In this document: in pieces, positions 24,665 to 32,219 of the stretch
Layout of the letters: the number at the start of each line of letters is the position of its first letter
How positions within the stretch are numbered: position 1 is the first letter of the stretch
Assembly (NCBI GenBank): GCA_964596395.1
Contig: CAZQSY010000007.1
Coordinates: forward strand, 1 to 35,484
Source of the DNA: an uncultured Candidatus Saccharibacteria bacterium
GTDB lineage: Bacteria > Patescibacteriota > Minisyncoccia > Phycocordibacterales > UBA9973
DNA length: 35,484 bases
Direction: 5' to 3'
The notes under the pieces: generated by a model
What the model was told of the DNA's origin: nothing
Seen by the model: only the letters and a program-made list of their open reading frames with translations
Databases searched by the model: none
Position numbers and translations under genes: made by a program

Positions 24665-25519
24665 ATGAAAACCTTGCGCGAATATATACGCGAAGCCGAA
24701 GAGAAAAAAGTCGCCATTGGGCATTTCAATATTTCCAATCTTGAAACATTTCACGGCGTGTATAGTGCCGCCAAGAAACTCGGCGTGCCGATAATTATCG
24801 GTCTCTCTGAAGGAGAAGAGGATTTTATGGGAAAAAATGAAATGGTTTCCATGATAAAGGGATTGCGGGAAAAAGAAAATTATCCTGTGTTCTTAAACGC
24901 TGACCATCATTATAGTTTTGAAAGAGTGAAGGACTCGATTGATGCCGGTTTTGATTCGGTTATTTTCGACGGAGCCAAATTAAGTTTTGAAGAAAACGTC
25001 AAAATGGCCAGACAATGTGTTGATTACGCCAAAGAGTCAGAAAAAGGGACACTCATTGAAGCCGAGCTGGGTTACATCGGCTCTGGTTCAAACATAAAAG
25101 AAAATGTTCCAGAAGGGGCAGGGATAAAGACAGAACCGGAAGAAGCAAAAAAATTCGTAGAGATGACGGGCGTGGATATGCTAGCGCCTTCAGTCGGTAG
25201 TATTCACGGCCTCATAAAAAGCGGCAAGCCCCACATAGACGGGGAGTTAGTGGCCCAAATTAGAGCGTCGGCCGGAGTGCCTCTGGTGCTCCATGGCGGG
25301 TCGGGCTTGCGAGACGAAGATTTTGTAAACGCGATAAAGAACGGTATATCTATCGTCCACATCAGCACCGAATTGCGCGTCGCATACGACGAGGCGCTCA
25401 AGAAATCTCTCTCCGAGCACCCCGAAGAAATCGCTCCCTACAAAATACTAGAACCCGCCGTACAAGCTGTCGAAAAAGCCGCCGAAGCCCGCCTGAAACT
25501 TTTCAATAATCTTCTTTAG
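24665..25519 (+). CDS. fba: Class II fructose-bisphosphate aldolase family protein
   Basis: AIGHFN, LNADHH, and LVLHGGSG motifs. Start set at ATG 24665. Confidence 0.88.
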   Translation: MKTLREYIREAEEKKVAIGHFNISNLETFHGVYSAAKKLGVPIIIGLSEGEEDFMGKNEMVSMIKGLREKENYPVFLNADHHYSFERVKDSIDAGFDSVIFDGAKLSFEENVKMARQCVDYAKESEKGTLIEAELGYIGSGSNIKENVPEGAGIKTEPEEAKKFVEMTGVDMLAPSVGSIHGLIKSGKPHIDGELVAQIRASAGVPLVLHGGSGLRDEDFVNAIKNGISIVHISTELRVAYDEALKKSLSEHPEEIAPYKILEPAVQAVEKAAEARLKLFNNLL

Positions 25520-25529
25520 TTGAAATTAT

Positions 25530-25560
25530 CATTCCAATGTTCTATAGAATGTTAGAATGA
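25530..25560 (+). promoter_or_regulatory. Imperfect palindrome / 16-mer box overlapping the arsR-family gene start
   Basis: CATTC-caatg-TTCTA|TAGAA-tgtta-GAATG is symmetric about 25544/25545. The 16-mer TAGAATGTTAGAATGA (25545-25560) recurs at 25829-25844 with 15/16 identity. Confidence 0.45.
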
Positions 25561-25844
25561 AAAATATGCCTAAAAAATTAGAGTATAAAAGATTGGAAAG
25601 AATCGTAAAAGGTTTTTCGAATCACAGGAGGATTCAGATATTGGAACTTCTAAACAAAGAGCCAGAACTGTCCGTGCAGGAAATTTCCGAAAGGTTAAAC
25701 TCGGAAATGAAAAATATTTCCGCCCACATTACTAAAATGGCGGTCGCAGGTCTTTTGATGAAACGTAGCGACAGTAAATCCATCCGTCACAAACTAACCA
25801 ATCGCGGAAAAGTCATTCTAAAGTTCGTTAGAATGTTGGAATGA
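25557..25844 (+). CDS. ArsR/SmtB-family transcriptional regulator
   Basis: 95 aa. Winged-HTH pattern FSNHRRIQILELLNKEPELSVQEISERLNSEMKNISAHITKMAVAGLL. Confidence 0.85.
   Translation: MKNMPKKLEYKRLERIVKGFSNHRRIQILELLNKEPELSVQEISERLNSEMKNISAHITKMAVAGLLMKRSDSKSIRHKLTNRGKVILKFVRMLE
25814..25844 (+). promoter_or_regulatory. Second GAATG-box site (inverted repeat plus 16-mer) just upstream of the FAD-oxidase gene
   Basis: CATTCTAA-agttcg-TTAGAATG (25814-25835) and TAGAATGTTGGAATGA (25829-25844), inside the last codons of the regulator gene and 12 nt before GTG 25857. Confidence 0.4.
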
Positions 25845-25856
25845 GTTTAAAACACC

Positions 25857-27623
25857 GTGAAAGACGAAATTAAAAAAATTTTCAGGGGGGGAGTGGAGGA
25901 TGATGAAGAAACGCTTATGAAATATTCGCGCGACGCGAGCATTTTTGAAGTGCGGCCGAAGATGGTGCTTTTTCCGCTCGACTCGGAAGACGTGAAAAAT
26001 TTAGTGAAATGGGTTTCGGAAAATAAAGACAAATACAATCTTTCAATCACTCCGCGCGGCGCGGGGACGGACATGTCGGGCGGAGCGATTGGCGAATCGT
26101 TGATTTTGGATTTTACCAGACACATGAATAAATTAATTTCTTTTAAATCCTCAAAGCATGCGGGTTCAGCTTTTTCTTCTATTACTGTCCAACCCGGCAT
26201 GTTTTACCGAGATTTTGAAAAAATAACTTTAAAAAAAGGGCTTATTTTGCCTTGCTATACGGCTTCAAAGAATTTGAACACGATCGGCGGAATGTTCGGA
26301 AACAATTCGGCGGGGGAAAGGACGCTTAAATACGGGCAGACAGAGGATTACGTACTTGAGGCGAAAATTGTTTTGTCGGACGGGAATGAATACACAGTGA
26401 AGCCGCTCTCTCAGAAAGAACTCCAAGAAAAAATCGTACGGAACGATTTTGAAGCGGAAATTTATAAGAAGATTTATGAACTGGTAAACAAAAACAGGGA
26501 AGAAATAAAACACGCCAAGCCGGGCGTGCATAAAAATTCTTCGGGATATTTTATATGGAATGTAGTGAACGAGGGACTGCACGATTTTCGAAATTGCGCC
26601 CTCGGAGACAAAAGGACAGGGAACCCACACGTTTCTGAAAATCGTGCAGTCCCTCGTTTTGATTTAAACAAATTGCTGGTCGGCTCGCAGGGGACATTGG
26701 GAATAATGACCGAGGTGACTCTTCGGCTCGTACCGAATCCAAAATATTCAAAGCTGGTGGTAATTTTTCTCAATGATTTGGAGCCCCTCGGCCGTCTGGT
26801 TGACGAAATATTGAAGGAAAATCCTGAAACTCTAGAATCCTACGACAATAAGACGCTGAAACTCGCCGTAAAATTTTTCAGGGATTTTATGCGGAACAAG
26901 GGAATAGCGGGTATGACAAAATTTTTATGGAATTTTTTGCCCGAGTTTAAAATGCTTGTGTCGGGCGGGTTCCCGAAGATGATTCTTTTGGCCGAATTTT
27001 CGGGCGAGAACGAGGCCTCGGTGCACGAGAAATGCGCGTCTCTGGAAAAAAGAATCAGCGTGTTTCGGTTGAAGACGCACATCACGAAGTCGGAAGAAGA
27101 AGCCGAAAAATATTGGGACATCCGCCGGGAAAGTTTTTCCCTGCTTCGGCATCACGTGAAGAAACTCCACACCGCGCCTTTCATAGACGACATCATCGTG
27201 CGCCCCGAGTTTCTGCCGAAATTTATCCCCGAACTTAACGCCATTTTAAAAAAATACAAACTGATTTACACCATCGCCGGCCACGCAGGGGACGGGAATT
27301 TTCATATTATTCCGCTGATGGATTTTTCGCGCTCTGACACGGCCGAAATAATATCCGAACTTTCCGAAAAAGTATACGACCTAGTCTTGAAATATCACGG
27401 TTCGATTACTGCCGAGCACAACGACGGGCTGGTTCGCACGCCTTACCTGGAAAAGATGTTTGGGAAAGAGATCTGCAAAATTTTCAGAGAAATAAAAAAC
27501 ATTTTTGACCCGCAAAATATTTTCAATCCCGGCAAGAAAGTTCCCGTTCCCGGTGCCGCCGGAACGAAAGAGTATCTGACTTCGCATATAATTTCAGAAC
27601 ACAACGTGACCCACAGGGTCTGA
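25857..27623 (+). CDS. FAD-linked oxidase (GlcD/D-lactate dehydrogenase-like) carrying an internal palindromic insert
   Basis: FAD-binding PCMH-type region (PRGAGTDMSGG), LLVGSQGTLGIMTEVTLRL, and C-terminal HAGDGNFH..AEHNDG. GTG start. Confidence 0.85.
   Translation: MKDEIKKIFRGGVEDDEETLMKYSRDASIFEVRPKMVLFPLDSEDVKNLVKWVSENKDKYNLSITPRGAGTDMSGGAIGESLILDFTRHMNKLISFKSSKHAGSAFSSITVQPGMFYRDFEKITLKKGLILPCYTASKNLNTIGGMFGNNSAGERTLKYGQTEDYVLEAKIVLSDGNEYTVKPLSQKELQEKIVRNDFEAEIYKKIYELVNKNREEIKHAKPGVHKNSSGYFIWNVVNEGLHDFRNCALGDKRTGNPHVSENRAVPRFDLNKLLVGSQGTLGIMTEVTLRLVPNPKYSKLVVIFLNDLEPLGRLVDEILKENPETLESYDNKTLKLAVKFFRDFMRNKGIAGMTKFLWNFLPEFKMLVSGGFPKMILLAEFSGENEASVHEKCASLEKRISVFRLKTHITKSEEEAEKYWDIRRESFSLLRHHVKKLHTAPFIDDIIVRPEFLPKFIPELNAILKKYKLIYTIAGHAGDGNFHIIPLMDFSRSDTAEIISELSEKVYDLVLKYHGSITAEHNDGLVRTPYLEKMFGKEICKIFREIKNIFDPQNIFNPGKKVPVPGAAGTKEYLTSHIISEHNVTHRV
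26567..26659. repeat. 93-nt palindromic element in-frame within the FAD-oxidase CDS
   Basis: Perfect 22-nt inverted repeat AACGAGGGACTGCACGATTTTC (26568-26589) / GAAAATCGTGCAGTCCCTCGTT (26637-26658), extendable by one G-U pair at each end. Confidence 0.9.
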
Positions 27624-27665
27624 AAATTAGTTGCATTTTAAAGATTTTCCTATATACTCTAGGTC

Positions 27666-28346
27666 ATGTTTGCAATCAAGGCCAAAAAGAGAGGCAAGGA
27701 AGAAAAACTAGACGCGCTGAGAAAGATGGGAGAATTGCCTGCGGTTTTTTACGGCGCGGGCAAGACATCTACATCGATTACTGTGCCGATGCCGGCTTTC
27801 AAGAAGCTTTGGCGCGAGGCGGGTGAATCCTCTACCGTCAAGATAAACTTGGACAAGGAAAGCGTGGATGCCTTGATTTACGAAGTGCAGCTGCACCCGG
27901 TGACCGAAGAGCCGCTGCATGTTGATTTCTTGGTGGTAGACATGAACAAATTGATTAAGGTGAAGGTGCCGCTCGAATTCGAAGGTATTTCCGAGGCAGT
28001 AAAGAATGGTCTGGGTAATCTGGTGAAGGTCTTGCATGAAATTGAAGTCGAGGCCCTGCCGAAAGACCTGCCCAAAAACCTGATTGCAGATATTTCTAAA
28101 CTTAAAACTTTGGACGACAACATAACTGTCGCTGAAATCAAGTTGCCGGCGGGCGTGACTGCTATTACGCCTGGCAGCGATATTGTGGCTTCGATAGTCG
28201 CGCAGGTTGAAGAAAAAGAAGAAGTCGCACCGGCACCCGATTTGTCTTCTATCGAGGTTTCCGTAGAGAAAGGGAAGAAAGAGGAGGAAGGAGCTGAAGC
28301 CGGAGGGGCCGTCGAGCCAGCAGAGAAAAAAGAAGAGAAGAAATAA
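27666..28346 (+). CDS. rplY: 50S ribosomal protein bL25 (Ctc form)
   Basis: LPAVFYG, the HPV...PLHVDF motif, and a long acidic C-terminal domain. Confidence 0.9.
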   Translation: MFAIKAKKRGKEEKLDALRKMGELPAVFYGAGKTSTSITVPMPAFKKLWREAGESSTVKINLDKESVDALIYEVQLHPVTEEPLHVDFLVVDMNKLIKVKVPLEFEGISEAVKNGLGNLVKVLHEIEVEALPKDLPKNLIADISKLKTLDDNITVAEIKLPAGVTAITPGSDIVASIVAQVEEKEEVAPAPDLSSIEVSVEKGKKEEEGAEAGGAVEPAEKKEEKK

Positions 28347-28382
28347 TTTTTCTGAATTCCATAATTTTGGTATAATAAAACC

Positions 28383-29759
28383 ATGGCAAAGAAATTTACC
28401 ATGGTTTTGTTTTTGTCTCTGTTTGCGGCGCTGTTTTTTTCTTCGCGTTTTGCTTTTTCTGTCGTTGACTGCTTGTCCATTACAAGTTCTGCCAGCAAAG
28501 AAGACAAAGATTATTGCCGCAGAGAGTTACAGGACCTGGAAAATCAATACGCCGAACTTTTGGCAAAGCAAAAAGCCCAGCAGAAAGAAACCGGTACCTT
28601 GAAAGGTGACGTGGATTATTTGAACAGCCAGATAAACGCGCTCAAGACGAAAATCAAAGCCAGAAGCGTGAAGATTGCCCAGCTTAAAATTGATATAAAA
28701 GAAAAAACAGGCAAACTGGAAAATCTGACGCGAAAAATAGAACGCGAACACGAATCTTTGGCTCAGCTTCTGCGCAACACCAATGATTTCGACAACCGTA
28801 ACTTGGTGTACTTGGTTCTTTCCGACGGAGGAATTTCAGATTTCTACAGCGACCTTGAATCTTATGATTCAATAAAACAGGCGATAAAGGCATCAGTTGA
28901 CCAGATTCGGGGGATAAAAGAAGAGACCGAAACCGAAAAAAAGGAATTGGAAAAAAAGCGCGACGACGAGACCGATGCCAAAGATGAGCTGGAGTCGGCG
29001 CAGAAAAAAGTGGCTCAGAGTGAAGCAGAGAAGAAAAAGCTTCTTGCCATCAGTAAAGATTTGGAATCCGCCTATCAAAAATTGGCAATAGACAAGAAAG
29101 TTAAAGCCGACAAGATTAGGGCGGCGCTGTTTCCTTTAGCCGGCACCACGCAGAAAATTGATTTCGGTACGGCTCTGGTGTATGCGAACGAGGCGCAGAA
29201 AACTTTTGGCATCGACCCGGCTTTTCTGCTCGCCATTCTCACCAAAGAAAGCCAGCTGGGGGGAAATGTCGGTTCATGCTATGTGACTGACCCGACTACG
29301 GGAAGCGGTGTGGGCGCGAATACCGGCAGTCCACAGATTCGCGTTATGCACCCTACTCGCGACGTTCCGGTGTTCTTGGGTATAACGGAAAAATTAAAGA
29401 TTACCTATTCTTCTACCCGGGTTTCCTGCTGGATACCCGCCTACAGCCGGGACGGTTCTCCTTTTGGCTGGGGAGGGGCGATGGGGCCGGCGCAATTCAT
29501 ACCCTCTACCTGGAAACTTTTTGAGACGCGCCTGAAAAATATTTTGAATCATGATGCGAACCCCTGGGACCCGAGAGACGCTTTCATGGCATCCGCCATG
29601 TATCTCACCGACCTGGGTGCCTTCGGCGCTTCTGCCAGCGCTCAACAAAAAGCAGCTTGCAGTTACTACGGCACGCAGGGCTCTACCTGTGTTTACGGCA
29701 GAAGCGTGATGTCTTTGAAAGCAGGTTTACAGGCGAATATTGATTTGCTTTCAAGCTGA
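28383..29759 (+). CDS. Secreted coiled-coil protein with a C-terminal lytic transglycosylase (SLT_2/MltB-like) domain
   Basis: Signal peptide ([20 protein letters not shown]) and a coiled coil of about 200 aa. The catalytic region carries [10 protein letters not shown] and [23 protein letters not shown]. Confidence 0.72.
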   Translation: MAKKFTMVLFLSLFAALFFSSRFAFSVVDCLSITSSASKEDKDYCRRELQDLENQYAELLAKQKAQQKETGTLKGDVDYLNSQINALKTKIKARSVKIAQLKIDIKEKTGKLENLTRKIEREHESLAQLLRNTNDFDNRNLVYLVLSDGGISDFYSDLESYDSIKQAIKASVDQIRGIKEETETEKKELEKKRDDETDAKDELESAQKKVAQSEAEKKKLLAISKDLESAYQKLAIDKKVKADKIRAALFPLAGTTQKIDFGTALVYANEAQKTFGIDPAFLLAILTKESQLGGNVGSCYVTDPTTGSGVGANTGSPQIRVMHPTRDVPVFLGITEKLKITYSSTRVSCWIPAYSRDGSPFGWGGAMGPAQFIPSTWKLFETRLKNILNHDANPWDPRDAFMASAMYLTDLGAFGASASAQQKAACSYYGTQGSTCVYGRSVMSLKAGLQANIDLLSS

Positions 29760-29781
29760 AATTGTGTTAACCTGTCGCAAT

Positions 29782-30003
29782 ATGAAGAAAGACATTCATC
29801 CGAAATTTAGTTTAAACACCAAAGCCGTCTGCGCGTGCGGAGCGGTTTTTGAAGTTGGCTCAACTATGGAAGAAATAAAAATAGAAATCTGCAGCAACTG
29901 CCACCCTTTCTTTACGGGCAACGAAAAAGTAATGGATACCGCTGGACGGGTGGAGCGATTTAACAAACGCCGGGCCGCCGCGACTCTGAAAGTGAAAAAA
30001 TAA
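29782..30003 (+). CDS. rpmE: 50S ribosomal protein bL31
   Basis: MKKDIHPKF...C.CG.....S......[12 protein letters not shown]......DTAGRVERF. Start set at ATG 29782. Confidence 0.92.
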   Translation: MKKDIHPKFSLNTKAVCACGAVFEVGSTMEEIKIEICSNCHPFFTGNEKVMDTAGRVERFNKRRAAATLKVKK

Positions 30004-30004
30004 C

Positions 30005-30111
30005 GAAGCTAGAGCTCCTAAAATTTTTTGTCCCTGAGCCCTTCTTCGGTGCGCTTTAGGTCCCCGAAGCGGGACCCTCGGGTAGCAAAAAATTTTGGGG
30101 CTCTAGCTTTT
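30005..30111 (+). repeat. About 107-nt long imperfect hairpin between rpmE and prfA
   Basis: Outer stem AAGCTAGAGCTCCTAAAATTTTTTG (30006-30030) / CAAAAAATTTTGGGGCTCTAGCTT (30086-30109), about 24 bp with one bulge and one G-U. The GC-rich interior pairs CCC(T)GAG/CTCGGG and CTTCGG/CCGAAG. Confidence 0.7.
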
Positions 30112-30120
30112 AAGACATTT

Positions 30121-31083
30121 ATGGACCTAGATGAACTTAAAAAAGATCATAAGACGAGTTATTTGGCGGAAACACTCGAGAAACTCGCTCGCGAAGAAGC
30201 GCAAGTCAGGGAAATGCTCGGCGGTGATGATGACTTGCATGAGATGGCGGCGGCCGAACTGAAATACATAGAAGAGCAAAGGGATACCGTACGGAAACAA
30301 GTTGAGGATATTCTGAAAAAAGAAAAAGAAGAAGACGAATCTCCTAACGAAATAGTGCTCGAAATACGAGCCGGAGCGGGGGGCGACGAGGCCTCGCTTT
30401 TTGCCTGGGAGCTTGCCCATATGTACGAGATGTTTTCAGACGCGCAGGGCTGGCAATGGAGGGTAAATTACGAATCAAAAAGCGAGTTGGGCGGTTTTAA
30501 GGAAGCCAGTTTCGAAATAAAAGGGAAGGATGTGTACAAGATGCTCCGGTACGAGACGGGCGTGCATCGGGTGCAGAGAGTTCCGGCTACCGAGAAGAAC
30601 GGCAGGGTGCACACTTCTACCGCTTCGGTCGCCATTTTGCCGATTCGCAAAAAAGTAACGGTGGAAATAAATCCGGCTGACATCGAAATGGAATACTCGC
30701 GCTCGGGCGGCAAAGGCGGACAAAATGTGAACAAGGTTGAGACAGCCGTGCGGCTCATTCACAAGCCGACGGGCATCGACGTGCGTTCTACCAACGAACG
30801 CAGCCAACAGGCGAACCGCGAAAAAGCAATGATGATTTTAACTGCCAAACTGCAGGCATTGAAAGAAGAAGAAGAGGCGAAAAAATACGCCGGCGAGCGG
30901 AAAAATCAAATCGGTACCGGCGACCGAAGCGAGAAAATCCGCACTTACAACTTTCCGCAGGACCGCATTACCGACCACCGGGTGAAAAAATCCTGGCACA
31001 ATCTGCCGAAACTGATGGGGGGCGGGATAAGCGATATCGTAGAGGCCTTAGAATCCGGCGAGCAGGGAACCGACGAAGAGTAA
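30121..31083 (+). CDS. prfA: Peptide chain release factor 1
   Basis: PAT tripeptide ([14 protein letters not shown]) and the GGQ motif ([11 protein letters not shown]). Start set at ATG 30121. The N-terminal domain looks shorter than in E. coli RF1. Confidence 0.92.
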   Translation: MDLDELKKDHKTSYLAETLEKLAREEAQVREMLGGDDDLHEMAAAELKYIEEQRDTVRKQVEDILKKEKEEDESPNEIVLEIRAGAGGDEASLFAWELAHMYEMFSDAQGWQWRVNYESKSELGGFKEASFEIKGKDVYKMLRYETGVHRVQRVPATEKNGRVHTSTASVAILPIRKKVTVEINPADIEMEYSRSGGKGGQNVNKVETAVRLIHKPTGIDVRSTNERSQQANREKAMMILTAKLQALKEEEEAKKYAGERKNQIGTGDRSEKIRTYNFPQDRITDHRVKKSWHNLPKLMGGGISDIVEALESGEQGTDEE

Positions 31084-31092
31084 CACCTCTAG

Positions 31093-31301
31093 TTGACATA
31101 TTTTTGATTGCTTTTCCTTGGATATGTGATATACTATGAAAAGTAGTTTCTCGGAAGAGCTTCTAGGTTTTTGTTGAGAGTTTATACTCGGCAGGAGACA
31201 TTGTAAGCGTTGAAAGAGCATCTACATTCCCCTAGGTTGTATCGGGGAATATTAAAAATATTTTTTGTCCTTTTTTGCAAAAAAGGAAGAAGTTAAGTTA
31301 G
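31093..31301 (+). promoter_or_regulatory. Promoter region and long structured leader of the RRM-protein gene
   Basis: TTGACA at 31093. A candidate TTGCTT (31108-31113) is followed by 16 nt and an extended -10 TGaTATACT (31127-31135). Hairpin ATTCCCC...GGGGAAT at 31226-31250. The perfect 18-nt palindrome CCTTTTTTGCAAAAAAGG (31269-31286) includes the GG of the likely SD. Confidence 0.4.
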
Positions 31302-31619
31302 ATGGCTAAAAAGCTATACGTAGGGGGTCTCCCTTACAGCACACAGGAAGATGCTCTTCGCGAGTATTTCTCCCAGGCCGGCAATGTTACGTCGGCTACT
31401 ATTATCATGGATAAAATGACTGGTCGTTCAAAGGGTTTCGGATTCGTTGAAATGTCAAACGATGATGAAGCGCTGAAGGCGATTGAAATGTTCCATGACA
31501 AGGAATTTGAGGGCCGCAAGCTGACGGTTAACGAAGCTCGCCCGATGGAATCCCGCCCGCCTCGTTCGCAGGGTTACTCAAACGGTAACGGCGGATACGG
31601 TGGCAGGAGAGAATACTAA
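31302..31619 (+). CDS. RRM-type RNA-binding protein with a Gly-rich tail
   Basis: RNP-2 LYVGGL, RNP-1 KGFGFVEM, and a C-terminal GYSNGNGGYGGRREY. Confidence 0.9.
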   Translation: MAKKLYVGGLPYSTQEDALREYFSQAGNVTSATIIMDKMTGRSKGFGFVEMSNDDEALKAIEMFHDKEFEGRKLTVNEARPMESRPPRSQGYSNGNGGYGGRREY

Positions 31620-31635
31620 ATTTCTTTCACAAAAC

Positions 31636-31663
31636 AAAAAAACCACTTCATAGTGGTTTTTTT
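31636..31663 (+). terminator. Rho-independent terminator after the RRM-protein gene
   Basis: AAAAAAACCACT-tcat-AGTGGTTTTTTT, a perfect 12-bp stem with a T-run. Confidence 0.8.
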
Positions 31664-31700
31664 GTTTCTTTTTTGTTATATTTTCCCCATTGAGTATTTC

Positions 31701-31757
31701 GAGCGTGTAGTTCAGTGGTACCTGCCTGCCGGTAGGCAGGGAACGCTGTCCTGAAAG
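31701..31757 (+). pseudogene. Truncated tRNA-Ile 5' half carrying a 20-nt palindromic insertion
   Basis: 31701-31720 and 31741-31754 are identical to nt 1-20 and 21-34 of the intact tRNA-Ile. They are split by CCTGCCTGCCGGTAGGCAGG (31721-31740). There is no 3' half. Confidence 0.85.
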
Positions 31758-31784
31758 CTTTGGTTGTTTTAAAATTTTAAAAAT

Positions 31785-31856
31785 GAGCGTGTAGTTCAGT
31801 GGTAGAACGCTGTCCTGATAAGACAGAGGTCGATGGTTCGATCCCATCCACGCTCA
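31785..31856 (+). tRNA. tRNA-Ile (anticodon GAU)
   Basis: Acceptor GAGCGTG/CACGCTC, D arm GTTC-AGTGGTA-GAAC, anticodon stem CTGTC/GACAG with loop CTGATAA, T arm GATGG-TTCGATC-CCATC. Confidence 0.92.
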
Positions 31857-31893
31857 CCGATTTGCATCTTGGATTTCTTTGCCCTATACTATA

Positions 31894-31921
31894 CAAAAGT
31901 CTCGCGGAGACTTTTGTTTTT
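31894..31921 (+). terminator. Rho-independent terminator after tRNA-Ile
   Basis: CAAAAGTCTC-gcg-GAGACTTTTG followed by TTTTT. Confidence 0.8.
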
Positions 31922-31934
31922 GCCTTTCATTCCA

Positions 31935-32216
31935 ATGCAGGAAATCGAAAAACCCCCAAATATTGTTGAAGACGGACCCCGCCAGAGCGGGGCAAGCTGG
32001 CTTCCCGGGTTCCGGGTTTTCAGCGAAATATCCACCTGGATAGCGGTGCCGGTTATATTGGCTGTTATCGGAGGCAAGGCCTTGGATAAGCGGTATGGCA
32101 CAGAGCCATGGCTTCTGGCCACTCTCGCTTTCCTTGGGTTTCTAGTTTCGGCTTACGGGATAGTCAAAGCGGTCAAGAAATATGCCGATGACATTAAAAA
32201 AGGAGAGAAAAAATAA
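31935..32216 (+). CDS. AtpZ/AtpI-like small membrane protein of the ATP synthase operon
   Basis: 93 aa from ATG 31935 with two TM helices. GGKALDKRYGTEPWLLATLAFLGFLVSAYG resembles the ATPase_gene1 (AtpZ) pattern. Immediately precedes atpB. Confidence 0.68.
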   Translation: MQEIEKPPNIVEDGPRQSGASWLPGFRVFSEISTWIAVPVILAVIGGKALDKRYGTEPWLLATLAFLGFLVSAYGIVKAVKKYADDIKKGEKK

Positions 32217-32219
32217 TTT

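Noticed and set aside
30028-30120. N-terminal extension of the prfA ORF ([19 protein letters not shown]...).
   Set aside because: It begins at a non-ATG codon inside the long hairpin element and has no SD. RF1 similarity begins only at ATG 30121. I treat it as the element being stop-free in this frame.
31578-31934. Minus-strand 89-aa ORF (31578-31847) and the 5' extension of the atpZ-like ORF (31833-31934).
   Set aside because: Both read through the tRNA-Ile gene, its truncated copy and two terminators. The membrane protein starts plausibly at ATG 31935.
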